A DNA stretch of 64,000 bases, from assembly GCA_050084985.1 (NCBI GenBank), contig JBITNC010000001.1, positions 100,688,001 through 100,752,000 on the forward strand. Reading direction: 5' to 3'. The translations under genes were made by a program, and so were the position numbers. Of the stretch, positions 34,347 to 49,100 are shown piece after piece. This DNA is from Nageia nagi. Lineage: Eukaryota > Plantae > Pinophyta. Position 1 is the first letter of the stretch. Each line of letters begins with the position of its first letter. The notes beneath the pieces were generated by a model. It saw only the letters and a program-made list of their open reading frames with translations, had not been told where the DNA came from and searched no databases.

Positions 34347-35992
34347 GCATGTTTTTGACAACTTTCCACTTTTGGATTTGTACAATTGTATCATTTTAGA
34401 AAATAGGGGGGATGAGAGCAACTTATCACCTTTTTATCTAGTTGTACAATGTTCTATTACTGATACTCTTCACAAATATGCTTAAGGACCAAGTAAATCT
34501 TCAAGTATCCCCCTTTAAATATATGCACAATCCTTGAGCATAATATGAAAATATTCAAGTATCCCACTTTGAGATTCGTACAATTGCATCATTTCAAAAC
34601 ATATGTGGATGAGACCAACTTATCACTTTTGGTCACATCAACTTTTAGGCCCTAATTTTGGACATGCAGATTATGCTCTACAGTTTCAATTATGCCCAAA
34701 TGATTCAAATATGATCTACAATTTCAACATAAGATGCATCACTTGGGAACCATATGTTTTTTTATGTTTGGCTAAGTATTACAAGCATGTTTGTACCAAA
34801 TTACCACTTCTAGAATAGTACAATTGCATCATTTCAGAACATAGGGTGGATGAGACCAACTTATCATTTTTTGTCACATCAACATTTTGGCCCTATTTTT
34901 TAACATGAAGATTATGCTCTATAGTTTCAATTATGCTCAAATAATTCAAATATGGTCTATAGTTTCAACATAAGACATACCACTTGAGAACCACAGATTT
35001 TTCTATCTTTGGCTAAGTATTACAAGCGAGAATTTTCCAACTTACCACTTATGGACGGGTACATTTGTATCATTTCATAATATAAGGTGGATGATGCCAA
35101 CTTGCCACTTTTGATCACATCAACTTTTGGACCCTTTTTTTGAACATGAAGATTATGCTCTACAGTTTCAATTATGCTCAAATAATTTAAATATGGTCTA
35201 TAATTTCAACATAAGATGCAACACTTAGGAATCACATATTTTTTCTATGGTTGGGTAAGTATTACAAGCATATTTTTGCTAACTTACCTTATTTGAATTG
35301 ATACAATTGTATCATTTCAGAACATAAGATGAATGAGGATAACTTATCATTTTCATCACATAATCTTTTGGGTCCTATTTTCAAACATGAAGATTATGCT
35401 CTACAGTTTCAATTATTCTCAAATGATTCAAATATGCTTTATAGTTTCAACATAAGATGAAACTCATAGGAACCACATAATTTTTTGTGTATGACTAAGT
35501 ATTACAAGCATATTGTTGCTAACTTACCACCTTTGAATTAGTACAATTGCATCATTTTAGAACATAGGATGGATGGAGCCAACTTATCACTTTTGGCCAC
35601 ATCAGCTTTTGGGCCCTATTTTTGGATATGAATATTATGCTCTACAATTTTAATTATGCTCAAATGATTCAAATATGATCTATAGTTTCAACATAAATAC
35701 ATCACTTGGAAACCACATTTTTTTTGTATTTGGCTAAGTATTACAAGCATATTTTTGTCAACTTACCACTTCTAGATTGGTACAATTGCACAATTTTAGA
35801 ACATAAGGTAGATGAGATGAACTTATCACTTTTGATCAAATCATACAAGCACGAAAAATGTAGTTTATTACTTTTTTATAGGTTTGTTGAACATCACATC
35901 AATAATTACACAATTGTACTCAAATGATTCAATATATGCTATACAATTTCATTTATGTTCAAATGATTCAAATATTGGTCTACAATTTCAAT
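34347..35992 (+). repeat. Tandem satellite, ~240-bp unit, ~5.3 full copies plus partials
   Basis: Unit marker GTACAATTG(C/T)ATCATTTCAGAACA..GATGAGACCAACTTATCAC recurs at 34380, 34578, 34818, 35059, 35301, 35541 and 35780 (spacing 239-242 after the first). Confidence 0.95.
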
Positions 35993-36954
35993 ATTGAGTA
36001 ATAGGACTCAACTTTGCAAATGAACAACTACAAATTGCATCTCAATGTCAAAGAGATTTATGGAAGAGTTTCTATAAAAATATTGAGTAAGTGTAATTAT
36101 TGATATCATGGTTATGCTTAGGCATATCATTTTTTCTAGGTTTTACCTTTTTTGCATGGCTTGATTCCTCTTTTTCCTACCATTTTTTTCGAAAGCATAT
36201 AGTATGGTACAAAGCATACTTATCCTAATGAACTGCACTCTGCTGGACTTAAATAATGTTATCATTCTAGTTACAAATGGTTATGGACTTAGAGATGAGT
36301 ATGCATACTTGAAAACCTCAATTGCTTCATTTCCTATAGGTAAAGCAACCTTTCATAGCTCTTTGTATTTGAAATTACTAGATAATTTCATATCATATGT
36401 TGGTGCATTTAGATCATTTTGTATGGTGCACTAATGATCATTTCATATCCATGGACTGGATCATTATTAATGTGTGATTAAGCATTCCTTTTGGTGCTAC
36501 CAATCCTTAGACTAGGATGAGTAAGACTGAATGGTGACTACTCAATTCCATTAGGCTATCCTTTGAAAGCCCATGGCTAACACTATGATTGAGCCTCTTG
36601 TTGAACCCGAGTAATCAAGGATGTTATTTCTATAAGCATTCTTCCACATGATTCAATACTACACCTATATTTTCAACAAAATAATGATTTGGTAGTAGAT
36701 GTAACCCACCTCCTTAAATTTTAAGGTGGTAGGTATTACCTGCCCCCTTAAAGCATAAGGTGGAAGGTACACACTCTCACCTTAAAATATTGACATAAAA
36801 TGAATTAAATACCCAATATCATTAGAGTTAAGACACGACTCATTATCATGCTTGAGTGGTATTTGAAATATTTATCTATTGGTTTGTGAAAATTGATGGC
36901 TAGAAAATAGTCATAAAATAGATTAGCAATTTTTGGGAAGGTATAACTTTTGAT

Positions 36955-36999
36955 CACACACCACACACACCACACAACACACACACACACACACACACA
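36955..36999 (+). repeat. (CA)n microsatellite, imperfect
   Basis: Read directly from the sequence. Confidence 0.9.
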
Positions 37000-39479
37000 T
37001 AATTGATTTGATTCTTTTTTCATTAGATAGTGCTAAAAAATGCCTTTCTAATAAGTATATGCATGCCTACCTTTGTTGAATATTTGTTCACCACCTAAGG
37101 CTTTTTCCATAGAACTATGAAAATTGCCAACGCTAACGTTGACAATAGTACCCATGCCTATGCTAGCATCCATGCTAGTGTTCTCTGAGGAGTTACGATG
37201 TGGGATTTTAAATTTGACATATTCGGCATGTTAGTATGATGATTTTTTATATGGGGACCAAAATATTACTTAGGAAGATCAACGCAAACATTTATGAAGA
37301 CATGATTGTTCACCCGATGGTTCGTGTGATACTTGACTCGATACCTAATATTGTACCCGCTTATACACTTAATACGCTAGTGCAAATGCTAATATCATCA
37401 CTCATGTTGGAAAAAAGATCATGTACGAAACAAAAGATGAAGTAGTTTAGGGCATTTTGAAGTGTTGTGGAAGTTGAAGAACTGTTGGGAACCTGAAGGG
37501 ACACTAATTTTGAATTTGCCTATCCCTATAATGTGTTTATAAAATAATCCAACTATCCAAGAGGAGGGGAAAAGGAGCATAGAAGATGGAAATGGCCTAG
37601 TGAGATGATTCTTGTGGTGGGATTACTACAAATTACTTGTTCTATTGTTGGTAGAGTATGAGGTTGTTGATAGAGGCTAGAATGCTACTGAAGATAGAGG
37701 AGAACTTCATAAGAAGGGAGAACCTTCTTCATTACCACGTTGTAATATTAATTATATGATGGAAAATACATAGAAATCCTAATAAAGTTGTAATAATCCT
37801 AGCATAGGATAAAAAAGATTATAGTCATTCTACTCTTTTTCATTTCTTATGTACAAAGTAGATCAATGATGTAATGGTGGTAGTTACATTGTTGAGAGCA
37901 TATGTATTTGTGAGAGGTATAATGTGTGGGTCTAGTACATGAATAAGAAACGAACTACAAACCTGATTTGGTTGATCTTGGAGAAGCCAAAGGATCATGG
38001 GAATTGAAAGTACGAACACCTGGAATATTTAGGCAACATTCAAACTACTTGTGGTTGTAAGCTTCATCCTTGTATCAATAATAAAATCATGAGAAAGCTA
38101 TTACAAGGAGATGTACTATCACATGAGAGGAACCTTTATAAAAATACTTTTATTCTTTATGTGGATGTGTATTTATTTTTTATATGTATCCATGTTAAGA
38201 ACATAGAGAGCATTGAAAAAATGAAAACAATAAAATAAAAAATCTATATGTGATATTTTCTTGTAAGGTATACATATCAATTACCCAAAGGATAGTTTAC
38301 GGGATCTTAGGTGGTGATAAATTTAACTTTATGATGATGAATTCAAATATAAATTATTATACTTTATAATAAATAAAAAATAAAGAAAATAAACACATTA
38401 CATACATTATTGTGAGTTCCAAATTAAAAAAAAAAACAACAAAAAACATTCATTTTTTGTCCAAATTTGGAATAAAATATAACAAATTTTGTATTTATAA
38501 TATGCAAAGTATGTACAATTTTTGATGTTTTCACTAACAAAAAAGATGAGCTATGCTTTATTGATGTTATGTGAACTAGTTACAGGATTCTTGCTCAAAG
38601 TGGTGTGGGTGCTTATCCTAGAGAGTGATGTCCTCCTCATCCTTGTATTCTCCTCAAGTAACAATATTTGATTCTCGAGTACTGAGTTCTTTTGCAATAC
38701 TTATTAATATGTTATCACATGTTCTGTTACTTCTTGAAATACTCCAATCATGTTGTTCTTTTAGTACTCACTTATAACATTCATCATATCTTCATTCACT
38801 TACTTTTAGATGATCAATTACTTTTGGGTTTCCTCTAGTTGTTTTCCTTTGTCCACCATGATATTATTTAGCTCTCCATTTTCTTATTATTTTTTATTCA
38901 AGTTTTTCTTTATCTCTTTGTTTTCTACTTTATGGTTTACACATTTGATGTTTAATGCCTTGATGTCCTCTTTCAATCTAACTGCATGTTAAAAAAGGTT
39001 TGGTCAATGCATTTTACTTGATTTTTTAATTTTTATTTTATTTAATCTTATGAGGAGTACATGCTTATTTGATTTATCAAGTGACTAAGTTGGGAAATAA
39101 GGATGTCCTTAATTGCAGGATTCTCTACAACCATCATTTGCTAGTTACCTTGTCCTTTATCGTCATCTTCACTTTCTTCTTCTCCTTCTTAATCCTCATC
39201 TTCTCCTTCTTCACCATAATCTTCTTATTCATCCTCTTCTTACATATCTTCATTTCATTTTCCTTCAATGACATCTACAAGTTGTTCCTCATCATAAATA
39301 CCAATAAAGTATGGTTGGGCATATACCCACCAATCAATATACTCTTGATCTAATGCTAGTCCTTTATCTGCTTCATCACTCTCACTCTCAAATCCATCAT
39401 CTTGAGGAGGAATTCAATTGGTAGTCCAATTTGGAGATACATAAAATATATTAGGATACCATGCACATATCTTATTGAA

Positions 39480-40420
39480 CCAAACTACACGATTTGATGG
39501 AAAAAGTATAAGTTAAGCATAATAGAATCAATGCATCATATGGTGGTGTTGGTATGGTTTCATATGTAGCTTTCAAGTATGAATGTAGCATAAAGTTCAA
39601 TTCCACCCTAGCTAATATGCTATCTCACACCACTCGTGGTCGAGATAGGATCAATATAGCACATTGATAGGTTATAAGCTATTGATCGTCATCCTCCATG
39701 CCTCTATCCCATTATGTGCCATGTTAGCTTCCTCTTATAAGCCCAACAATACTATTTTAGAAGGTCTTATTAATTTAAATATCTAGGTATCTCATGAGAT
39801 CGAAAAATATGTAAATGCTCATATGCCCAACATTGGAGACCAAATGAGTGAGTTATCTGCTTGCCATTTTTGTATACCATCATGAATTTGTAGAGTTCAT
39901 GTTAGATTTGAGCCAATATACATGGCATCCATGTACATTTCTTCCTCTTAACCATATCCTTCACCACATATATCAACCCATATGGAAATACATCATGGTT
40001 CTTGTTAGAATATACAATGATATCAATATATGAGGCCATGATGAGATACACCTATTTGGATCTCTATACCTCTCCCTTCATTTCTCAACAAATGAAGGAG
40101 CCCTTCATTAATTGGTGATCTTTAATACCTGTTAACCACTTGGATAAGTTTTTCATATGCCTAAAACTCAAATTCTCCTTCATAGTGATCATTTTTCTCT
40201 TCACTAGTACTTAAAGAATATAATATATATCCTCGATGGTGATAGTAATTTCACCCATAGGAAGGTGACATGTGTTGGTACATTATGACCAATGGTCCAT
40301 CAAGGTTGTGAGCATCTCTTAGTCTACAAGAACATAAACAACTTCAAGTAAGTGGTTCATGTTTACTTATTACAAAAGAGTGCACTCATCAAAGATCAAG
40401 ACATCAAACCAAGGTCATGC
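39480..40420 (-). pseudogene. Plant mobile domain (PMD / aminotransferase-like) TE-associated pseudogene
   Basis: MLTTLMDHWS*CTNTCHLPMGEITITIEDIYYIL (cf. LVERW..ETHTFHLP.GEMTITLEDV) and LQCWAYEHLHIFR (cf. LQ.W.YEH); an acidic low-complexity tail follows. Confidence 0.78.
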
Positions 40421-42542
40421 TATGTCCCAATTGCAACTTTGTGGCTCAGGTTGTATCAAGTAAGTATGACATTGTACACATCAAGATAAGGTATACATTA
40501 GTAATTTATCATGTTCTAAATTTTTCATATTAGTTATACAAATGAAAATAAGAAAATAAAATTTAGCACTCAAAATGACATGCGATATTTCAAAGATTCA
40601 AAAAATGGATAATTATAGGAATCTTTACTCTACCTACCTAACATTCTCACTAGATATATAACTTAGCACTCACATTACCAATATACCACCTTGAAAATCA
40701 AATTTTTATGACAAGCATAAATAGATAAATCCTACAATAAAAAAATGATAAACTTGATAGTTTAATGGCTAGAAAATGTTAGATGTCAAAAACCTGACTT
40801 TGCACCTAAAACTCTAGGGTTTCTAGCACCAACATTGAGAATTACATGTATATAACCTAAAATAAAATAATAAAATCCTATGAAAAATAACAACAATAAT
40901 AAGCTAGGATAATAAACTTACCATATATGTAGCTACACCATTGCCATGAAGGAACCACACCCTATGACCAATTTGCTCCATTAATATCATGGATGGAGGT
41001 ACGAGAACACTATGTGTAGCTGCCTAAAAATGATTTATTATTATTTAATAAAGCATATTTAGAAATATCAAAAGATTAATATTACATAAATCAAGGCTAA
41101 TATGCTATCCAACTATTATATCATGTGCTAAGTTCAATGTTTTTTTATTAATCATGATTATATCTAGAAATATATTGATATTAAAAAGATTATATTCTAT
41201 TGTTATATGTCGACCTTCACTCCCTTCAATGTCCTTATAGGTATAAATGAAGAATTTCAATTTGAAATTACCTATCGGTTCTATATGATAGGTGGTTTTC
41301 CATACACCATACTACACTAAAAATATCTCCTAACACTACCTATCTAAGGATTCTATTATGCTATGATCTTATATTACATGCTATCACCTTTACTTGCTTT
41401 CAAATTGCTTAACAAATGATGTGCACGATGTGAGAATATTGTGAATATGAAATCCATGTTCTTTCACTTTGTGATCTAGAGTTGCAGATCTAAAGGAAAT
41501 CAAGCATAGATTCGGGTCATTAAATATCTATACGACTTCATCCGAAATCCAATCCAATCTCGTGTACATTATGCCACATCTTGGAAATTTCTTCACTTCT
41601 CTATATTAGGTGCACACTTTCTTGGTATTATTTAAGTAAACTTGATAAGTATCTTTCATCTATAGTGTAGTCTCTATTTATTTGCATTTTTTTTTATTAC
41701 AAATCATTATTTAGAGTCTACATTTCTGGTGAAATCGAATACCCTTACATAACTTAGAATTTAATTCTAGGGCATCATTTATTTGGAGTAATGAATCATT
41801 TCTTCCTTTGCTTGAAATTCTTAGAATATGTACTAGATAAAGAGATACTACTATGGTTTGTTATGTTTTATTCCCAAAGATTCCATACTCGTATAAGAAA
41901 AACCTAAAATTACAAAAGAGCAAGGTTCATTTTGAGGAAATAAATAATTTGTAGAACAAAATCTTAATGCTAGATTAATGATAAGTGAAGAAAGTAACAA
42001 TGGATCTAAAAATGTTGAAGAACAATTTGAGTCTACTAGTTCTAGTATGAGCATAGTACGTAAAACACCTAGTAGATATAAGGTTGATACTAATATTGAA
42101 GAGAAATTTAAAAGTATTAATTTAGAAGATTATGTTGCTACATTTGAACCTCTAAATTATCTTGATGTTATTCCTCTTAATTTTAAATTTTTGACAAGAT
42201 TAACGTCTCTTGATGATTGTTGGAATATAATGTTACTAATAATTTTCAAGCTATTTTGGATATTCTAACCAAATATGAGATTATAGATAAATGAGAAGCT
42301 AACAACTCCATAATATGTCGATTCATTATTTGATTATGACCAACCAGGTTCAAGAAGGCTATTTGATTCCATAGAAAATAAATCAAACAGTACCAACACC
42401 ATACTTGACTGTGTTCATAGCTTGTAGATAATGATGTTTATCAACCTTTGCAAAATCCAAGAACATCTCAGTGCTCTTCAAGGATCATATATTGTGAGGA
42501 CGCTTTGTCTTCTTCTTGAGTACAACATTAATAAGTAATTTT

Positions 42543-43082
42543 TGTTAGAACTAGTATTGCACTATTGTATACATTATTATTTAGCAAGGTATCTAAATAA
42601 TAATATTCTTTCACCTTATGTAATTATCTATTTAATACACTAGATACTTAAAACTATTCCTAACTACCTTTTAGGTATTTAGTGAATTATATATTGCAAC
42701 TTGTCCCTCATGTGACTATTCGTATCCTTTGGATAATGGTGTTTCCCTTTGGGTAAAAGAGTGAGCCAAAGTGAGATTTTTTTCCTATAAATTGAGGGCT
42801 CTCCTCAACAATTATTCACTTTAGTTTGAAGTATTGTAATGCTCTTAGTTTGAGGAAGGATAGGAGGAGAGACTGCTAGTGTAGAATTGTAAGAGAGTCT
42901 TGTATCTTAAGAAGTAATAAAATTTAGCTTAGAATGAAGTACTCTCTTGATAGAGAACCACTATTCATGCTTGTGTCACTTTTGTGTGTGATTGAGTTAT
43001 TGATAGTATTATCGAGTTGGTGTTTATAAGTAGAAGATTTCTCCAAGGTGATCTTAGGTGTAGGAGGATTCATATTCCATCA
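42543..43082 (+). repeat. Copia 5' LTR
   Basis: TGTTAGAAC...TTCCATCA, followed by the PBS. Confidence 0.92.
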
Positions 43083-44666
43083 AGTGGTATCTAGAACCTT
43101 CATTGGAAGATTTGTCTACTCCATCTTGTGAGGTAAAAGCATTCCAAGGTATAAATTCCTCCTCTTCCTTCATTTTTTTAAGGAAATTGTTTCAATATTA
43201 CTAACATTTATTTAGTTATATGTTAGTTGTAATTCTTTTGTAAATATTTGCTTAAAAATAGTAATATGTTGTTATGAAATATTTTATTTATACTAACATT
43301 TTTGATGTTAGTTACAATTTTTGGTGTAAAAAATTACTTAAATGTAAGAATATGTTGTTGTTCTATAATATTTTATACTAGCATTTTATGGTTACATGCT
43401 AGTTTGGTAAAAAATGCTTAAGAAACAATATTATATTGTTATAAGCTTTCGCAATTTTTTTACACTAAAGTTTGTGTAGAAATGTTAAAAAATTGTAATT
43501 TTTTTAGTTTCACAACTTTATTACAAAAGTGTTATTATTGTAATAAAAGTCTATTTATTGCAATATATGTATATATATTTCTTTTTGAAAAAACTTATTT
43601 CTATGCAAAATAAGAAGATTATTTTTTGCAATATATGCTATACAAAATATAAGCATTTTTTTTACAAATTATTATAGTATAATTTTTTATGATAACATGT
43701 TACTTAAGATAAAAAGACAAGGTGCATTTTTTGATTAAAAAACCATATTCATATTGTTGTTAAACAAAAAAAAGAACATTTATATACATTAATATTAATT
43801 GAAAATGTTTGAAAGCTTTATTTTCTTTATACATAAAATATTTTTTTAAATAAACAAAATTTTTTAAATAAAAAATATATAATCCAATATGTAGGCCACC
43901 CAACTACTAAGCCACCCCTGGTGGCACCTCAAAAGATCAACCGCCACTCACTCCCATGATTTTCCCTTGTTATCCCCTTGCCTCCCCATTCTTGGTGTGA
44001 CCCCACCTCCCCACTCGGCCCCCACCTGTACCAACCTAGCCCAAACCTATCCCTATCCCTTGTCCCTCCCTATCTACCATCACATAGCTCCTCTGCCTCC
44101 CCTCCCCACTTATAAACCCTCCTTACCCCACCTACTACACTACTCCCCATCCTTGCCATTGGATGTACCATGCTTACCCTCATCGCATGCTCCTTGTCCC
44201 CCCTCCCTGACATGTCCCTTGCCTCCCCTCCCTGATGCATCCATTATGCCTACCATCACATCCCCTTGCCCCTACATCTTCCTTCTCTTTCAACCTCTGA
44301 CCCCTCTACCCAGCCATTTTACCATATGAAACCCTTGCCCTATCTTCTCTTTCCATTTTTTATAGTCTCTTTTGTTAAATTTTAGTGTAAATTTTTTTAA
44401 TGTATGAATTCTGTGAAATTTTTCTTCTTTAGTGAAATTATTTCTGTCTTCTCTAAAACGGGATGAGATTGATGAGTAAATAGAGGAGGTTGTTTTTGAT
44501 AATGCATTAATTGTATAATTGATAAAAAAAAGACTTGTCCATATTAAATATTAGTATGGATATTATTTTTTGAAGTTTGAAAATTATTTTTGAAAAGTAG
44601 GGAGTTATTACACAATTATTTTTTAGGAGGTATTTTTTTTAAATGGTGATTTTTTTATCAAAATCT

Positions 44667-44672
44667 TATATA

Positions 44673-44729
<57 letters not shown>
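44667..44729 (+). repeat. (TA)n microsatellite
   Basis: Read directly from the sequence. Confidence 0.95.
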
Positions 44730-44730
<1 letters not shown>

Positions 44731-45659
44731 CGGGAGGACATATTGGTTGAATTTTTATAAAACAATATTTTTTGGGGAGTTAGTTTCAAAAATTAGGAGT
44801 TTTTTTTTTTTAATTTAAGCAGGGTTAATTTTTTAAGGGAAATTTCTAATCTTTTTTAAAAGGGGGAATTCTTAGTATTTTTTTTTTTAAATAAAGGGGA
44901 GTTTACTTAAAATTTTTTAAAGGGAGTTTAAGGAATTTTTGAAATTTTATAGAAAATGGGGTAATTTCTTATGAATAATTTTTTTCAAATGGGAGTTAAA
45001 TATTTTGAAGAGGTGAATTTCTTCTAAGGATAATTTTTTTTAACGGGGAATTTTTGCAAGGTGTATTATTTTATCTTTCTCAAAAATTAAAGGGGAAATT
45101 TTACCTTTGAGTAAGATACTAATTATTTGAGAAAGTTATTCTAACATTATCTTCATAATTGCAAATAGAATCATTTCATAATATCTTCTAAGAATAGAAG
45201 AATAAAACACCCTATTGCAAGAATGAAGGCAATCGAGAAAAGAAAGGATCAAATTTGGAAGAAGAAAAGAACAGAGAAGAAGAATTCAAGTCAAATAAAT
45301 GGTCAATAATTGCAAAGCAAATAAACCATACTATGAGACTTCTTCATAATCATCACATAATTCAATCGAATGAGTTGATGGCCATAGAGATGGCTCATCC
45401 TCTAGAGTTGTATTTCCCTTAAGTTAGTTTATGCTTGTTACTTTTTGAGGTAAAACATGTTGTACAAGATCTTAAATCTTTGATATGTAAACTAACCACT
45501 AACCAATGAAACTACTAACCCTTTGTTGTGTGGTTGTTTCTTTTTTAGTGGATCAATATAATGTATATATGCTCAAATCTAAGGTAAAGTACACTAACCA
45601 ATAATTGTATATTAGATCTTCTAACCTACAACTCATTTAGCATTAAAACAATAAGTGCA

Positions 45660-45880
45660 CTTACAAGCTACTAACATAATTTATAATTATAAACTACTAA
45701 TACAATATACAAATAAAGTTACTAACTTATAAACTACAAATTCACTAACTTACAAACTACAAAGTTACTAACTTACAAAATTACTAACTTACAAACTATA
45801 AAGTTACTAACTTACAAAGTTATTAACTTGCAAACTACAAATTGCAATGCTACTAAAAGTGCAACTTACAATTTACAACT
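45660..45880 (+). repeat. Minisatellite AAACTACAAAGTTACTAACTTAC-like in the Copia leader
   Basis: Repeated ~23-bp and ~13-bp subunits. Confidence 0.75.
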
Positions 45881-46188
45881 TACTTTATTTGTACAAAGTT
45901 ATGCAAGTTTTATAATTACAATAATGATTAACAAGTTGGTTAATTTTTTTACAAGTTGGTTCAATTTAACATGTTTAGTTACTTTGGTTTATACTACAAT
46001 GTTGATTGGTTACTTGATTTAGTTATCAACTTGGTCAACTTGCATTTTTCACAAAGTGTGCTTTTGAGAAAATTATTCTAATTAACATATTACTTTGGTT
46101 ACTTGGTTAACTTAAATTTATTTTTACAAATGATTAATATTGATGCTTTCTTAAAGTGTTTATCTAAATTGATCTTCTTTTGTAGAAA

Positions 46189-49100
46189 ATGGGTAACTCA
46201 TTTGAGCCAAAACATACCCTTGATGGTTCCAAATTTAAATTTGGGAACTAAGGATGAAATCGGGGCTGAAGCTCACAAAATTTGGCAAACCATTTGTGAA
46301 TATCAAGTGGCTCTAATAGAAAAAAAGCCTTAGAGACTTATAACTACAAAAATGAATTGGCAGCCTCAATGATTTTCCATCCAATATTAGATGAATTCTT
46401 GATTATAATCTCAAATGCAACATTTGCAAAAGAGGATTGGGATCGACTTAAGCAAAGTTATCTTGGGTCAAAGTTTTCTATAAGGTTCACCATTCTCTAA
46501 AAATTTCTTCAAACTCATCAAGGGGAGAATGAGAGTGTAGCAATTTGTTTGACCATGATCATTGATCTTAGGACCTAGCTTGTGGGTTACAATTGTAATT
46601 GGATTAATGATGAATTTATGGTATTCATCATACTTCAAAACCTCTCATCCAAATTCAATCATTTTATGATTTTTATTGAGACTAGGCTATATGAGAAGGA
46701 GGAACTCTTCTCTTTAAAGAATCTCTCCAAGACTCCTCTTAAATAATGAATAGATCATCAACAAGAAAGGTTGGGATCTACTTCAAAGGATCACAACATT
46801 GCTTTAGGATAAAAAAGACTCACTTCAAAAAGAATCATCATAAGAGGTAATCTCATAATGTTGGCAATGGAAAATCAAACAATTCTAATGGCAAGGTCAA
46901 GTTTGATGAGAATTGTAACTTTTATGGTCTTTATATCAGAAAGAATCTCATTGCTTTAAGAAGAAGAAAGAGGAAAATAGAGAAGGAAAATTGAAATTAA
47001 ACAAATGAAATAAAAATAATAAAAGTGCTTATATTTGTGGCCTTTATAACTCATATTTCAAATGATTGGATAGTAGATACAAGGTGCATTAATCATATTT
47101 ATTTTGAAAAATATAAGTTTCAAAATTTTTACTAACACAAGAATGATGGGGTAGTGATTGGTGATAACTTTGTGCTTGAGTTTCATGGGATTGGAATCAC
47201 TTTGACACATGGTAAAGTGATTGAGAATATGCTTTATGTTCTTAAGTTGATAATGAATCTACTTCTTTGAGTTTACCTCTAACTTTTGAAGTATAAAGAA
47301 GGGTTTGTCAATTTTAGTAAAAGGATATATCAAAAATGATCTCTAATAGTTGATCAAGAGCCTACAAAAGTGTGCCTAGCTACAAATGTTTGATCTAAGG
47401 GAAACCTTTGGCATCAAATTTTAGTCCATATCAATCATAAAAGCATTCAAATCATGAAAAGTCAAAATCTTATGGAAGGATTGCCTTCAATCTCACCTAC
47501 CATTGGCCTTTGTAAGAGTTGCATCTTAGGGAAGATGAAAAGGTAAAAGGTTGATAAAGATAAGGAAACAAGGGCAATCAACTTCTCCAATTAATTCATT
47601 TAGATTTGATGGGTCTATTTCATGATAAATCACTTGGAGGAGCATCTTATGTTCTTACCTTCATATATGACTTTAGTAGGATGACCTTTGGTTATTTACT
47701 TGTGTATAAATATCAAACTTTTGATATATTCAAAGAGTTTAAAGCCTTAGTTGAGAATAAAACCAACCTTAAAATCAAGATGCTAATATTATATTATGGG
47801 GTTAATTATATTAGGAATGATTTCAATGAACTTTTTACAATGTATGGAATCAAAAGATAATTCACAATCCCTTATACCTCACAACAAAATGGTGTTGCTA
47901 AAAGAAAGAATGCAATCATTATGGAAATTACTAGATGCATGTTGGGAAATCTTCTTAACTTTTTATGAGGTGAATCAGTATGCACAACTATCTACACCTT
48001 GAATATGTATCCCACAAAAGTAGTTGAAGGTAAAACTCCTTATGAGGCATGGTTAGGAAAAAAACCTAACATATCTCATTTAAGAGTTTTTAGTTGTGAA
48101 ATTTTTTTGTTCATAGTTTCAAAAAAGAGGAAGAAGTTAGATGATAAATATGAGAAATGCATATTTATGGGTTTAATATTTATCATAGAGGATATAGGAT
48201 TTACTATCCTTCAAACAAAAGCAACGTTTGTCTCAAGGGATGTGAAGTTCAATGAAGATCTTAGTGATTCTTCTTTAAGTGAAGTCTTTGAAGATACTTT
48301 AGAATTTTCTAAGTGGTTGTATCATAATTTAGATAAGTCACCACAAGAGAAAAATTCTCCAAAATAAAGGATAATTAGAAGTATTACTTTGCATAAGTCT
48401 CTTGTTACAAAAATTGAAGGCAAAAATGAACCTTCAAACTTTAAGGAGGCTTCTACACATTCTTCTCGGATGAATGCTATGAAGTTGGAATATGAAGATC
48501 TTATACAAAATAGAACTTGGTACTTGGTTCCATATCCAATCATAAGAAATATGATTAGAAATAAATGGATTTACAAGGTTAAGTTTAACAAAGAAGGTGA
48601 GATTGAGAAATACAAGGCAAGGTTGGTGGCTAAAGGTTTTGCTCAAAATATAGAGTTGATTTTGAGAAAACTTTTTCTCTAGTTACCAAAATATGTATAG
48701 TTATACTAATCCCATCCCTTTCAGTAGCTTAATGTTGGAAGATATTCCAACTTGATGTGAAGAGTGCTTTTGTCAATAGTGACTTGGATGTTAAAATATA
48801 TGAGTCATCCTGAGGGGTTTGTTATTCCAAGAAATGAATTGTAATTATGCAAGCTAAAGAAGTCCTTGTATAGACTTAAGAAAGCACTAAGATCTTGGTA
48901 TGAGAAAATTGTAGGTTACTTTGAAACTATTGGATTCTCTAAGTGCTAGAAAAATTCAAATCTTTATGCACTCAATGAAAATAAAGATTTGATATTGATT
49001 ATTCTCTATATTTATGACCTTTTGATTATAGGAAATAATATATTTATCATCAATGAGTGCATATCCAAGCTTAAGTTAGAATATAAGATGACTGATATTG

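Noticed and set aside
34560-35845. CRISPR-like array, or hammerhead-containing retrozyme repeats
   Set aside because: The units are contiguous with no unique spacers, and no convincing CTGANGA/GAAA core with stems was found in the unit on either strand.
43967-44329. Proline-rich (extensin-like) ORF
   Set aside because: An artefact of a C-rich low-complexity block in the Copia leader; non-ATG start.
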